From: Dehalococcoidia bacterium
GTDB taxonomy: Bacteria > Chloroflexota > Dehalococcoidia > UBA2979
NCBI GenBank assembly: GCA_965262725.1
Contig: OZ253555.1
Span: forward strand, 3,328,001 to 3,392,000
Length of the DNA: 64,000 nucleotides
Direction: 5' to 3'
Positions 53,780 to 62,822 of this stretch are shown one piece after another. The translations under genes were made by a program, and so were the position numbers. Position 1 is the first letter of the stretch; every line of letters begins with the position of its first letter. The notes beneath the pieces are model-generated. The model was not told where the DNA came from. It was given only the letters and a program-made list of their open reading frames with translations, and did not search any database.

Positions 53780-55414
53780 GTGTCGAGAGTGGAGCTGTTC
53801 GAGTCTATCCGACGGATGGCGAGGGAGGAGGAGCTGTCGATCCATGAGCTGGGACGCCGGCATGGCGTGCACCGGCGCACGGTGCGGCAGGCTCTTGGGT
53901 CGGCGATACCCCCGGAACGCAAGCAGGCGACCCGCGTGGCCCCGAAGCTCGGGCCGTACGTCTCGGTCATCCGGGGCTGGCTCGTGGACGACCTCAGCGC
54001 GCCGCGCAAGCAGCGGCACACGGCCCGGCGCATCTGGGAGCGCCTCGTCGACGAACACGGGGCGACGGTGGCCGAGCCCACGGTCCGCGCCTGCGTCGCG
54101 CGCCTGCGTCGCGAGATCCAGGGCGGGCGCGCGGTTGTGACGATCCCGCAGGTCCATCCTCCCGGCGAGGAGGCGGAGGTCGACTTCGGCACGGTGACGG
54201 TGTGGCTGGAGGGCGTCGAGACCCGGCTGGCGATGTTCGTGATGCGGCTCTCGCATTCGGGGCGGGCGGCGCACGTCTGCTTCGTCGGCGAGGGCCAGGA
54301 GTCTCTGCTCGAGGGGCACGTGGTCGCCTTCGAGCGGCTCGGCGGAGTGCCGCGGCGCATCCGCTACGACAATCTGACGGCGGCCGTCACCACCGTGCTG
54401 CAGGGACGCGAGCGCCTGCAGACCGAGCGCTTCATCGCGCTCCGCTCGCATTACGGCTTCGACAGCTTCTTCTGTGAGCCCGGCATCGAGGGCGCGCACG
54501 AGAAGGGCGGTGTGGAGGGCGAGGTCGGCCGCTTCCGCCGGCGGCACTTCGTGCCGGTCCCGAAGGTGGCGACCCTCGGCGAGCTGAACGAACGAGTGCG
54601 GGAGGCGGACCGCACCGACGACGCCCGGCACATCGAGAGCCGCCTCGCCACCGTCGGCGAGATGGGAGAGAACGAGAAGGCCTCGCTGCGTCCGCTTCCG
54701 GCGGAGCGCTTCGACCCGTCAATCCCGCTGCGCGCGAAGGTCGACCGCAAGGCGCGCATCGCCGTGCGTAGCTCCCGCTACTCGGTCCCGGCGGCCTATG
54801 CAGGCCGGAAGCTGGACGTGCGGCTGTCCGGGAACAGCCTGACCGTGTGGGCCGAGGGGCGTGAAGTCGCCCACCACGAGCGCAGCGCCCGCACCGGAGC
54901 AGAGGTCCTGCTGCTCGACCACTATCTGGAGGTGCTCGCGCGCAAGCCCGGGGCGGTCCCGGGCTCGGTGGCGCTCCAGCAGGCGCGTGCGAAGGGACAC
55001 GTCACAGCCGAGCATCAGCGCTTCTGGGACCGCGCCCGCCGCAAGCTCGGCGACCGCGCGGGCACGCAGGCGTACATCGAGGTCCTGCTCCTGCATCGCC
55101 ATCTTCCCTTCACGGCGGTGCACGCCGCGCTCGGGACGGTCAACAGGATCCAGTCGGTGAACCCCGAACTGGTCGCCATCGAGGCGCGCCGTCTCGCCGA
55201 CCGCAGGCCACCAGACGCCGCCGTCGAGAGACCGCACCTGGAGCGCTACGACCGACCTGCCCCGCTCCTCGATGGCTACGATGCGCTGCTCTCGGGTGAT
55301 TCCCGATGGCCCGGCACGTCGCCGGGCGGGCGCTCCCGCGCTCCGCGGTCTGCCGAGAACGCGTCGCACACCACCACAACCGCCGTCACCGCTGCGGTGT
55401 CGACGGCACGCTGA
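53780..55414 (+). CDS. istA: IS21 transposase IstA
   Basis: PRKQRHTARRI, EVDFG, IRYDN, HEKGGVEG. Confidence 0.93.
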   Translation: MSRVELFESIRRMAREEELSIHELGRRHGVHRRTVRQALGSAIPPERKQATRVAPKLGPYVSVIRGWLVDDLSAPRKQRHTARRIWERLVDEHGATVAEPTVRACVARLRREIQGGRAVVTIPQVHPPGEEAEVDFGTVTVWLEGVETRLAMFVMRLSHSGRAAHVCFVGEGQESLLEGHVVAFERLGGVPRRIRYDNLTAAVTTVLQGRERLQTERFIALRSHYGFDSFFCEPGIEGAHEKGGVEGEVGRFRRRHFVPVPKVATLGELNERVREADRTDDARHIESRLATVGEMGENEKASLRPLPAERFDPSIPLRAKVDRKARIAVRSSRYSVPAAYAGRKLDVRLSGNSLTVWAEGREVAHHERSARTGAEVLLLDHYLEVLARKPGAVPGSVALQQARAKGHVTAEHQRFWDRARRKLGDRAGTQAYIEVLLLHRHLPFTAVHAALGTVNRIQSVNPELVAIEARRLADRRPPDAAVERPHLERYDRPAPLLDGYDALLSGDSRWPGTSPGGRSRAPRSAENASHTTTTAVTAAVSTAR

Positions 55415-55430
55415 CCACAGGAGGCACCCG

Positions 55431-56213
55431 ATGACAGCACCCCTCACCGACCAGGCCGCGGAGCTGACAATCGAGGCGATCTGCCGCGAGCTCCGTCTCC
55501 CCACCGTCAGGAAGCAGGCGCTCCCGCTCGCCGAAGCCGCGGTCCGAGACCGGATCACCCATCTGGGCTATCTCGCCGAAGTGCTGGGAGCCGAACGCGA
55601 TGACCGTGAGGAGCGGCGCCGTCAGCGCCGTATCGTCGAGGCGCGGTTCCCGCGTTTCAAGTACCTCGCCGACTTCGACCTCGAGGCGGCGCCGACAGTC
55701 GACGCGCCGGCGCTCGCCACGCTGGAGCGCTGCGACTGGGTCGAAAGGGGCGAGCCCGTCGTCCTGCTCGGTGACAGCGGCACCGGGAAGTCACACCTGC
55801 TCATCGGCCTCGGCATGGCCGCCTGCCACCTGGGGCTGCGCGTGCGGTACATGACCACGGCCGCCCTGGTGAATGAACTGGCCGAAGCGTCGGATGATCG
55901 CGCGCTCTCACGCCTCGTCGCCCGCTACGGCCGCCTCGACCTGCTCTGCCTGGATGAGTTCGGGTACGTCCACCTCGACCCGCGCGGTGCCGAAATGCTG
56001 TTCCAGATCCTGACCGAGCGCGAGGAACGGGCATCGGTCGCCGTCGCCTCCAACTCCCCGTTCTCCGAGTGGGGCCGCATCTTCACCGACCCTCGTCTCG
56101 CCGCGGCCGTCGTTGACCGCCTCACCTACCGTGCCCATATCATCGAGACCGGCACCGAGTCCTACCGGCTCCGGGCCTCGACCTCCCCGAGAGGAGGTGC
56201 CCCAACGACCTGA
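55431..56213 (+). CDS. istB: IS21 helper ATPase IstB
   Basis: GDSGTGKS, LCLDEFGY, AVVDRL. Confidence 0.93.
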   Translation: MTAPLTDQAAELTIEAICRELRLPTVRKQALPLAEAAVRDRITHLGYLAEVLGAERDDREERRRQRRIVEARFPRFKYLADFDLEAAPTVDAPALATLERCDWVERGEPVVLLGDSGTGKSHLLIGLGMAACHLGLRVRYMTTAALVNELAEASDDRALSRLVARYGRLDLLCLDEFGYVHLDPRGAEMLFQILTEREERASVAVASNSPFSEWGRIFTDPRLAAAVVDRLTYRAHIIETGTESYRLRASTSPRGGAPTT

Positions 56214-56419
56214 TCCCGGTCCCCGGGGGTGGGGCCAGATCAGAGGATCAAAGTGGGGCCAGATGTAAGCATCATTCCCAGAAGGCGATGTCCTCGCGGC
56301 AGCGCCGTTCGATCTGGCGGCTCGAGCGCTCGCCCTCGCAGTAGGCATAGAGCACGAGCGCGACCATCATCGACGGCTCGTACGCCTTCCGCCCCCACCC
56401 ATCCTGACATCCGTTAGGA

Positions 56420-56752
56420 ACTCAACGGTCCCGAGCTCACGGCCAACGCCCTGCGCGACTGGTGCCGGTTCTCCGGCACGGGCAGCAGCTACATCGAGCC
56501 CGGTGCGCCGTGGGAGAACCCGTACGTGGAGTCGTTCAACGGCCGGCTCCGCGACGAGTTCCTGGCCGTCGAGCAGTTCGACAGCTTGCTGGAGGCGCAG
56601 GTACTGATCGAGGACTGGCGGATCGAGTACAACACGACGCGCCCGCACAGCAGCCTGGGCTGGCTCGCCCCGGCTGCCTACGCCGAGCAACGCAGGGCGG
56701 AACAACTGGTTGGACTCTCATAAGCGGTAGTCTCGCGAAGGGGGTCCGGTCA
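56420..56752 (+). pseudogene. IS3 family transposase 3' remnant with right end
   Basis: NGPEL, PGAPWENPYVESFNGRLRDE, YNTTRPHSSLG; ends GGGGTCCGGTCA. Confidence 0.85.
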
Positions 56753-56876
56753 GCACCGGAAACCTACCTCGCCGGACAACACGACGCGCCCGCACAGCTG
56801 CACATTCATACCGATGTTTGCCCGGTGGTGAGACCAGACGGCAGCGGCAGAGCCTGGACCAAGGGGGCTCGTCTCC

Positions 56877-56898
56877 GTAGGCATTTCGTAGGCATGCG
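56877..56898 (+). repeat. GTAGGCAT x2 inside attR, putative arm-type sites
   Basis: 20/22 identical to 16457-16478. Confidence 0.6.
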
Positions 56899-57012
56899 TA
56901 GCGAAACGGAGCAGGATGAGCCAGGACGGAACGTCACGTGAGCCCGTCATGTCAGGTTCAGAGAGGGCCCTAAGACGAGGTGGTGGCACAGGCTGGGACG
57001 GCTGGCGGCGAA

Positions 57013-57069
57013 CTCAAAAACCGTTGGGCTTCATCGCCCGTGTGGGTTCGAATCCCACCTTCGGCACCA
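57013..57069 (+). repeat. attR: displaced 3' part of tRNA-Leu
   Basis: 55/57 identical to 16328-16384, starting at the anticodon loop. Confidence 0.95.
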
Positions 57070-57262
57070 ACCCAGATTCAAGACCGAGGCTAGCGGGACC
57101 AAGCAACTGCTGAGCACGTCAGCAATTGGGAACGGATTGCGAACCAGAATACCTGTGTGTCGGGGCCCAGCCGAGCCTCGGGCGCACCGCAACCGCGGTG
57201 CGGCGGTGGTGCTGCCGCACTGCTCGTCGACAAGGTACACCGCACCAGACCCTGCGCAGCGA

Positions 57263-57760
57263 TCAGGGTGAGAGGGGAAAGGCATCGACTCTCGGTGCCG
57301 CGTCGCGGCGCCAGACCATCACCTGCCGCCTCATCTGGAGTACGACCTCCCCCCGCTGGTTGAGTCCGCGGGTGCGCGTCGTGACGATGCCCTGTTCGGG
57401 GCGCGACCGGGACTCTCGAACCTCCAAGACCTCGGTCTCGGCGTAGAGGGTGTCGCCGGCGAAGACGGGCCTCGGCATCGTCACCTCCTCATAGCCGAGG
57501 GCGAAGCCGTTCTGGCTAACGTCGGCCACAGTCATCCCGGTGACGATCGCAAGCGTCAAGGTGCTGTTTACGAGCGGGCGTCCGAACTCCGTGCGGCTCG
57601 CATACTCAGCATTGAAGTGGATCTGATTCGGATTGTTCGTGATCAGCGTAAACCAGGTGTTGTCGGCCTCCGAAACCGTGCGACCCACCGGGGCACGATA
57701 GATGTCACCTAGATTGAAGTCCTCAAAGTAGCGCCCCGCCCATGCTTCCTGAATCGCCAT
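57263..57760 (-). CDS. MaoC family dehydratase
   Basis: GRYFEDF, GRTVSEADN, NPNQIHFN, PVFAGDTL. Confidence 0.9.
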   Translation of the reverse strand: MAIQEAWAGRYFEDFNLGDIYRAPVGRTVSEADNTWFTLITNNPNQIHFNAEYASRTEFGRPLVNSTLTLAIVTGMTVADVSQNGFALGYEEVTMPRPVFAGDTLYAETEVLEVRESRSRPEQGIVTTRTRGLNQRGEVVLQMRRQVMVWRRDAAPRVDAFPLSP

Positions 57761-57788
57761 CGGACCGCCCACTTCCACCGCGTCGCCG

Positions 57789-58670
57789 CTAGAGACGCTC
57801 CGCGTCCGCGAGGAGCTGGCGGGCGCGCTCCACCACGGGTGCATCGACCATCTCGCCATCCACCGACAGCACACCCCGACCGTCGAGACCCGCATCGTCG
57901 TACGCCCGGATGATTCGCTGCGCCCGCTCCAGTTCGGCCGCGTTCGCCCGGAATCCAGCATTGATCGCCGCGACCTGATCGGGATGGATCGCGAGCTTTC
58001 CGCTGAAGCCGAGGCTGCGGCCCTGTCTCACCGATCGCTCCAGTGCCTCGAGATCACGAAACTCACGAGGGACCATGTCGACCGCCTCCACGCCGGCCGC
58101 ATGGCTCGCCATCGCCAACTCGGCGCGCGCGTGGATCAGCCCTTTGGACCTGTCGTCAGCTGCGAGGCCGGTCGCGTTGGCGTAGTCCTCAGCCCCGAAG
58201 CACAATGCCGTCACCCGCGGTGAGGCACCAGCCAACTCTGCCGCAACCTTGAGCGCTGACGGGCTCTCAACCAGCACGGCGATCCGAGTCTCACCCGGCA
58301 CCAGTCCCCGCAGGGACTCCCACACTTCGAGCGCCGCGTCGATGCCGACGATCACCCTAACGTCGTCGACCTTCGGCAGCACCAAGCCGTCCAGACCCGG
58401 GCCAACCACGGCCGCGAGATCGGCGTGGAGCACCGCGTAAGGGGCGCTCTCCCGGACGCGCACAAACTTTTGGACCCCGGCGATCTGCCGATCAGCGGAG
58501 AGGAGCTGCGAGAGCGAACTTCGGGCGGTCTCGACCTGGTCAACGGCGACCGAGTCTTCGAGATCGAAGATCACCGCGTGGGCCCCCGAGCCAAGTGCCT
58601 TGGCGAACCGTCCCGGGCGATCGCCCGGGACGAAGAGCCACGACCTCTTCGCTCCGGAGGAGCCTAGCAC
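57789..58670 (-). CDS. CitE/HpcH family CoA-ester lyase
   Basis: RSWLFVPG, DLEDSV, LPKV, GAED, GKLAIHP, DGEMVDAP; start uncertain. Confidence 0.88.
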   Translation of the reverse strand: MLGSSGAKRSWLFVPGDRPGRFAKALGSGAHAVIFDLEDSVAVDQVETARSSLSQLLSADRQIAGVQKFVRVRESAPYAVLHADLAAVVGPGLDGLVLPKVDDVRVIVGIDAALEVWESLRGLVPGETRIAVLVESPSALKVAAELAGASPRVTALCFGAEDYANATGLAADDRSKGLIHARAELAMASHAAGVEAVDMVPREFRDLEALERSVRQGRSLGFSGKLAIHPDQVAAINAGFRANAAELERAQRIIRAYDDAGLDGRGVLSVDGEMVDAPVVERARQLLADAERL

Positions 58671-58898
58671 CGGAGCCTAGCCCCGAGGCTTCCCGCATGC
58701 TGCCGCCTCTGGTGGCTACCGACGATACGGCTCAGCGGCGCAATCGACCTCAAACTCCGCTCCGGCGCCAACAGCCCCCGGGCCCGGATCCGCATCGCCA
58801 TCGTCACCCCCGCCCGTCGTTGACCGGTCGCAGGCGGTGCCCGCATCACCGAACTCCGCTCCAGAGACAGCGACCGATCGCGGGTCCGACCGAGCGGG

Positions 58899-60104
58899 TC
58901 AGCCGATCACGACGCGTCCGCCCAACAGCGTGGCGATCTCGCGCGTGCCATAACCCAGCTCGGCAAGGATCTCGCGTGTGTGCTGACCAAGCGTCGGGGC
59001 GGAGCGCTCGAGCTCGGCTGGCGTCCCGGAGAACTCCCATGGCGGCAGCAGCGTCTGAATGGGAGTGCCTCCTGGCCCATCGACCGTCTGCACCATGCCG
59101 ATGTGACGGACCTGATCCAGGTCGACCAGCTGCTGGTAGTCGTTGGTCGGGAATGCCCAGCCCCCATGGCGTCGCACCCGCTCGATCACCTCATCGGCGG
59201 TGAACTTCGAGAACGCCCGCTCCCAGATCGGTTGCATGATCTCAAACACATCCGATGTCGGACCGCCGCGATCCCGCAGGAAATCGTCATAGCGCGGATC
59301 ATCCTTCACCCACTCCATCTCGAGGTCGCGGATCAGTGCCTGGCGACCTTCGGGGGTGACACGAGCCAGCGAGAAGAGGATGGCACCGTCCTTGCACTGT
59401 TGGCCATGGTCTGGCGGCCTCACAAGGCCATCGAGGTGATAGCCTGACCAGGAGTCTGGATTCGACCGCGCCACCCAGAGCGTCGAGCGCATCGCCAGAA
59501 CCGAGCCCAAGAGCGAGATATCGACTCGCTGGCCGAGTCCACTACGTTCACGCTCGAGCAGCGCCGCACAGATTGCCTGAACCGCGTAGATCGCCGCGTA
59601 CATCGACGCGAGATCGGTGCCCACCCGTACCGGTGCCTCACCGGGACGACCGAGCGAGGCAGTCGCCTCGCCCGCCAGTTGCGCGGGGAGCTCACCATAG
59701 GGTGCCCGACCCGCCCATGGGCCGCGATCGCCGAATTCCGAGATGACGCAGATGATGAGCCCGGGATTTGTTCCCGCCAGCGATTCGCGGGCGAGGACGG
59801 ACTCTTCCTTCCCGCCGGCGTCGATGATCGCAACGTCCGCCCACCGCAGCAACCGGGTAGTCAGTTCGAGCGCCTGCCGGCCACCGAGGTCCAGCGCGAT
59901 CCCGCGCTTGCTTCGGTTGAGACTGCCGAACACCGCGCCTACATCGCCACGCTCATCTGAGCCCCAGTGACGGGTACGGTCTCCGGCCAGCTCCTCGACC
60001 TTGATCACATCGGCGCCGCCGTCACCGAGTTCCATCGCGCAGTAGGGGCCGGCGACGGCCTCCGCGAACTCGACCACCCTGAACCCTTCGAGTGGTCCGC
60101 TCAC
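58899..60104 (-). CDS. family III CoA-transferase
   Basis: LGDGGADVIKVE, NRSKR, APTLGQHT. Confidence 0.88.
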   Translation of the reverse strand: MSGPLEGFRVVEFAEAVAGPYCAMELGDGGADVIKVEELAGDRTRHWGSDERGDVGAVFGSLNRSKRGIALDLGGRQALELTTRLLRWADVAIIDAGGKEESVLARESLAGTNPGLIICVISEFGDRGPWAGRAPYGELPAQLAGEATASLGRPGEAPVRVGTDLASMYAAIYAVQAICAALLERERSGLGQRVDISLLGSVLAMRSTLWVARSNPDSWSGYHLDGLVRPPDHGQQCKDGAILFSLARVTPEGRQALIRDLEMEWVKDDPRYDDFLRDRGGPTSDVFEIMQPIWERAFSKFTADEVIERVRRHGGWAFPTNDYQQLVDLDQVRHIGMVQTVDGPGGTPIQTLLPPWEFSGTPAELERSAPTLGQHTREILAELGYGTREIATLLGGRVVIG

Positions 60105-60105
60105 C

Positions 60106-60385
60106 CTAGTGTCCCGAGTTGGGGATAGGGGTTAGGCACCCGGTGAGGTTGTCGAGTATCGGGGCTTGGATGCCCGTCGAGCCCGACCACGTCGCGCACC
60201 TTCGCGATGAACTGGGGGTCGGGCGACAGCGTGACGTGCTCCACGAGCTGCGGCCTGAGACCGAAGGCGCGCCACACCGACGTGGTCGGCCCGCGCACCC
60301 ATCGGTCCAACGTCACACGGGCAGAGCCCCACCCTGCCGACACTATAGGAGCCATCCCAATCGCATCTGCAGCTTGGAACACTAG
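60106..60385 (-). mobile_element. IS630-derived MITE/deletion derivative
   Basis: IR CTAGTGTCCCGAGTT / CTAGTGTTCCAAGCT; internal VWRAFGLRP...DPQFIAKVRDVVGL transposase relic. Confidence 0.75.
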
Positions 60386-61581
60386 CTCCCCTCGCCAGTC
60401 ACAAGCGCCAGCGGCGCGGCGGCTTCCGATCGCGCGGCCAACTCGGCCAGGATCTCCTCGTTGTGGAGACCGGGGAAGGGCGTCGGGGTCCAGCGCGCCG
60501 GGGTGCGGTCGAGGTGCCATGGTGGGCCCCCGGTAGTGACCGTGCCCCAGGCCACCGTGTCGATATCGATCAGGTACGCGTTCTCCAGCACCTGCTGATG
60601 CTGGCGAAGCACCTTCCATCTCATCGGGAAGCCAAAGGAAATGCCGCTCCGCTCGAGGTGAAACGCCCAGTAGTCACTGGGCTGGGTGCCGAAGACCTCA
60701 GTCAGGATGTCCGCCAACTCGTGTCGGTGATCGAGGCGAGCGCCGTTGGTTCGGAAACGCTCATCCTCGCGAAGTTCCGGTTGTCCGATCAGTTCGCAGA
60801 GCGCCGCCCACTCCGTGTCCGAGGTCACTGCAACGCCGATCCACTCGCGGTCCTGGCACTCGAAGGCCTGGTCCGGGGCCGTTGCCTGTGAGGCGCTCCC
60901 GCGGGGGCCCGAAAGCACGCCGCTCTGCAGGAACTCGCCGATGCGCGCGGATTGCATCGCGGAGACGGCGCGCAGCATCGAGACCTGGACCCGTTGTCCC
61001 TTGCCCGTTCGCTCGCGGGCGAGCAGTGCCATGGTGATCGCCTGGGCAGCATAGTTCCCGGTCGTGAAATCGGCCTGCGTGTAATGGCGATAGACCTCAG
61101 GGCGGCCGCCCTCGACGCCGTTGGTCGACGTGAAGCCGGTGATGTGCTGGGCCTGCTGATCAGCACCCGGGAGGGCCGACATCGGACCGCTCTCTCCCCA
61201 GCCCGTGACCTCGCAGTAGACGATCCGTGGATTGATCTCGCGCACCGCCTCGTAGCCGACTCCGAGCCGCTCGGGGACGCCCGGACGCATGTTGGCCAGG
61301 AAGACATCGCAGGTCTTGAGCAGGTCGTAGGCGTTCTTTCGGTGAGCCTCTGACTTCAGGTCCAACGAAAACGCCCGCTTGTTCATGTTGAACGCGATGT
61401 AGCCGATCGATGTCCCGTTGATCGTAGGCGGAATGCTCGCGGCGAGCGTCGACCAGTCAATGTTCGGTTGTTCGATGTGAATGACGTCGGCGCCGAGGGC
61501 ACCGAGCTGCATCGAAGCCCACGGTCCTACTCCCCACTGAGTAAGATCGAAGACGCGTATCCCCTCAAGTGCCTGCTTCAT
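60382..61581 (-). CDS. family III CoA-transferase
   Basis: LGALGADVIHIE, NMNKR, QADFTTG; GAGG RBS. Confidence 0.88.
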   Translation of the reverse strand: MKQALEGIRVFDLTQWGVGPWASMQLGALGADVIHIEQPNIDWSTLAASIPPTINGTSIGYIAFNMNKRAFSLDLKSEAHRKNAYDLLKTCDVFLANMRPGVPERLGVGYEAVREINPRIVYCEVTGWGESGPMSALPGADQQAQHITGFTSTNGVEGGRPEVYRHYTQADFTTGNYAAQAITMALLARERTGKGQRVQVSMLRAVSAMQSARIGEFLQSGVLSGPRGSASQATAPDQAFECQDREWIGVAVTSDTEWAALCELIGQPELREDERFRTNGARLDHRHELADILTEVFGTQPSDYWAFHLERSGISFGFPMRWKVLRQHQQVLENAYLIDIDTVAWGTVTTGGPPWHLDRTPARWTPTPFPGLHNEEILAELAARSEAAAPLALVTGEGS

Positions 61582-61690
61582 CGGTTACCTCACCATTCCC
61601 TCTCCGAACTCACTGCCTCCCCAGACACAATCCGCTCGGCGTCCAAGGAGAGCCCGCCAGACCGCTACGCGGTTGCCCCCAGCTGGAGGG

Positions 61691-62542
61691 CTAGGGGAGA
61701 CCCAGTCCGGCCTGGAGTCTCGGAAATGCTCTCCGGATGTTGCGTTCGATCACGTCGGAGACCTGCTCGAACGAAACCTCCTTCTCTTTGGCAAGGCGTT
61801 CTGTAAAGCGGACGAGGTTTATCAGTTCCGTCTTCTGGTCGAGATCGAACGGGTAGATTCCCTCCCCGGTCCGCTCGAGTAGCCCTGCCGGCCAATCCGT
61901 GTCCATCACGAGGCCTCCGAGCGGCAGGTTGCGGTACACGTTGCGAAGCCGGTGGGCGTCGGGATGCATGAGCACGACGGAGACGGAGGGATAGATACCC
62001 ATGTCGAGCAACCGTCCGGCCAGATCTTCACTGCCCATGAAGTTGTGAAGCACGCCGCCAACCTCCCAGGCGCGTTCCTCCTTCAGGACATCGGCCAGCA
62101 CCTGCGCCGACTCTCTCCCGTAGGTGTGCAGGTTGAGTGGTAGCCTGAGATCGCGGGCGAGCCCGATCTGGCGGCGGAAGACATCGACCTGCAGATCTCG
62201 CGGAAGTGGCGATCTCTCGAAATCGACTCCCACCTCGCCGATCCCCACGACGCGATCGTTCGACTCCGCGAGCTCGGCAAGCTCAGCGACCGAATCCTCC
62301 GTAAAGCTGTCGGACTGGGAGGGGTGCACGCCAACGCAGGCGAAGTAGCCGTCACGCCCGTCGATGAAGTTGAGCACCTCTCGCGAATCGGGGAGCGTGG
62401 TCCCTTGTACGATCCAGGCACGCACACCCTGAGCGCGGGCGATCGCTTCCTGTCTCTCCAACATCTCAAACGTGGCGCCGGGCCGCCCCGCCCTGTGCAC
62501 ATGGCAATCGATCAACACGGCATCTCGCCTCCTCATGATCAC
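61691..62542 (-). CDS. TatD family metallohydrolase
   Basis: IDCHVH, VGVHP, GIGEVGVD, LNLH, VLHNF, MDTD. Confidence 0.88.
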   Translation of the reverse strand: MIMRRRDAVLIDCHVHRAGRPGATFEMLERQEAIARAQGVRAWIVQGTTLPDSREVLNFIDGRDGYFACVGVHPSQSDSFTEDSVAELAELAESNDRVVGIGEVGVDFERSPLPRDLQVDVFRRQIGLARDLRLPLNLHTYGRESAQVLADVLKEERAWEVGGVLHNFMGSEDLAGRLLDMGIYPSVSVVLMHPDAHRLRNVYRNLPLGGLVMDTDWPAGLLERTGEGIYPFDLDQKTELINLVRFTERLAKEKEVSFEQVSDVIERNIRRAFPRLQAGLGLP

Positions 62543-62822
62543 TGGATGGGGTACTGCGAACCAGCGCCAAACGTGATCGATGACAGGGTGCGAGGCACAT
62601 CCTGAGGCGAACCATCGGGCCGATTCGCGCCCTGCATCATGCCCGCCGCTACCTGGCCCCTCACTTTAGCGATCGCCCGATGCGATAGCAACCCAAAATC
62701 CACAGCAAGAGCGATTCGGAAGATGTCCCGCGCCTCGCAATCTCGGCCAGCGTCGGGGCGCGGTGGTGGGCGGCTGGTCCGGCCGTCCTCGATGTGAGCC
62801 GAGCTACCGAGGCGGGCGCACC

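Larger units (their letters stand above)
53688..56280 (+). mobile_element. IS21 family element (second type), no TSD
   Basis: perfect 13-bp IR TGGGAATGATGCT / AGCATCATTCCCA. Confidence 0.92.
16328..57069. mobile_element. genomic island integrated at tRNA-Leu (~40.7 kb), no integrase seen
   Basis: 57-bp direct repeat of the tRNA 3' part at 16328-16384 and 57013-57069; IS-rich cargo. Confidence 0.9.

Noticed and set aside
16385-57012. CRISPR array or integron cassette array
   Set aside because: No regularly spaced repeat-spacer units, no attC series, no cas or intI genes; the repeats are coding or IS ends
57013-57069. second tRNA gene
   Set aside because: Lacks the 5' acceptor strand and D arm; it is attR
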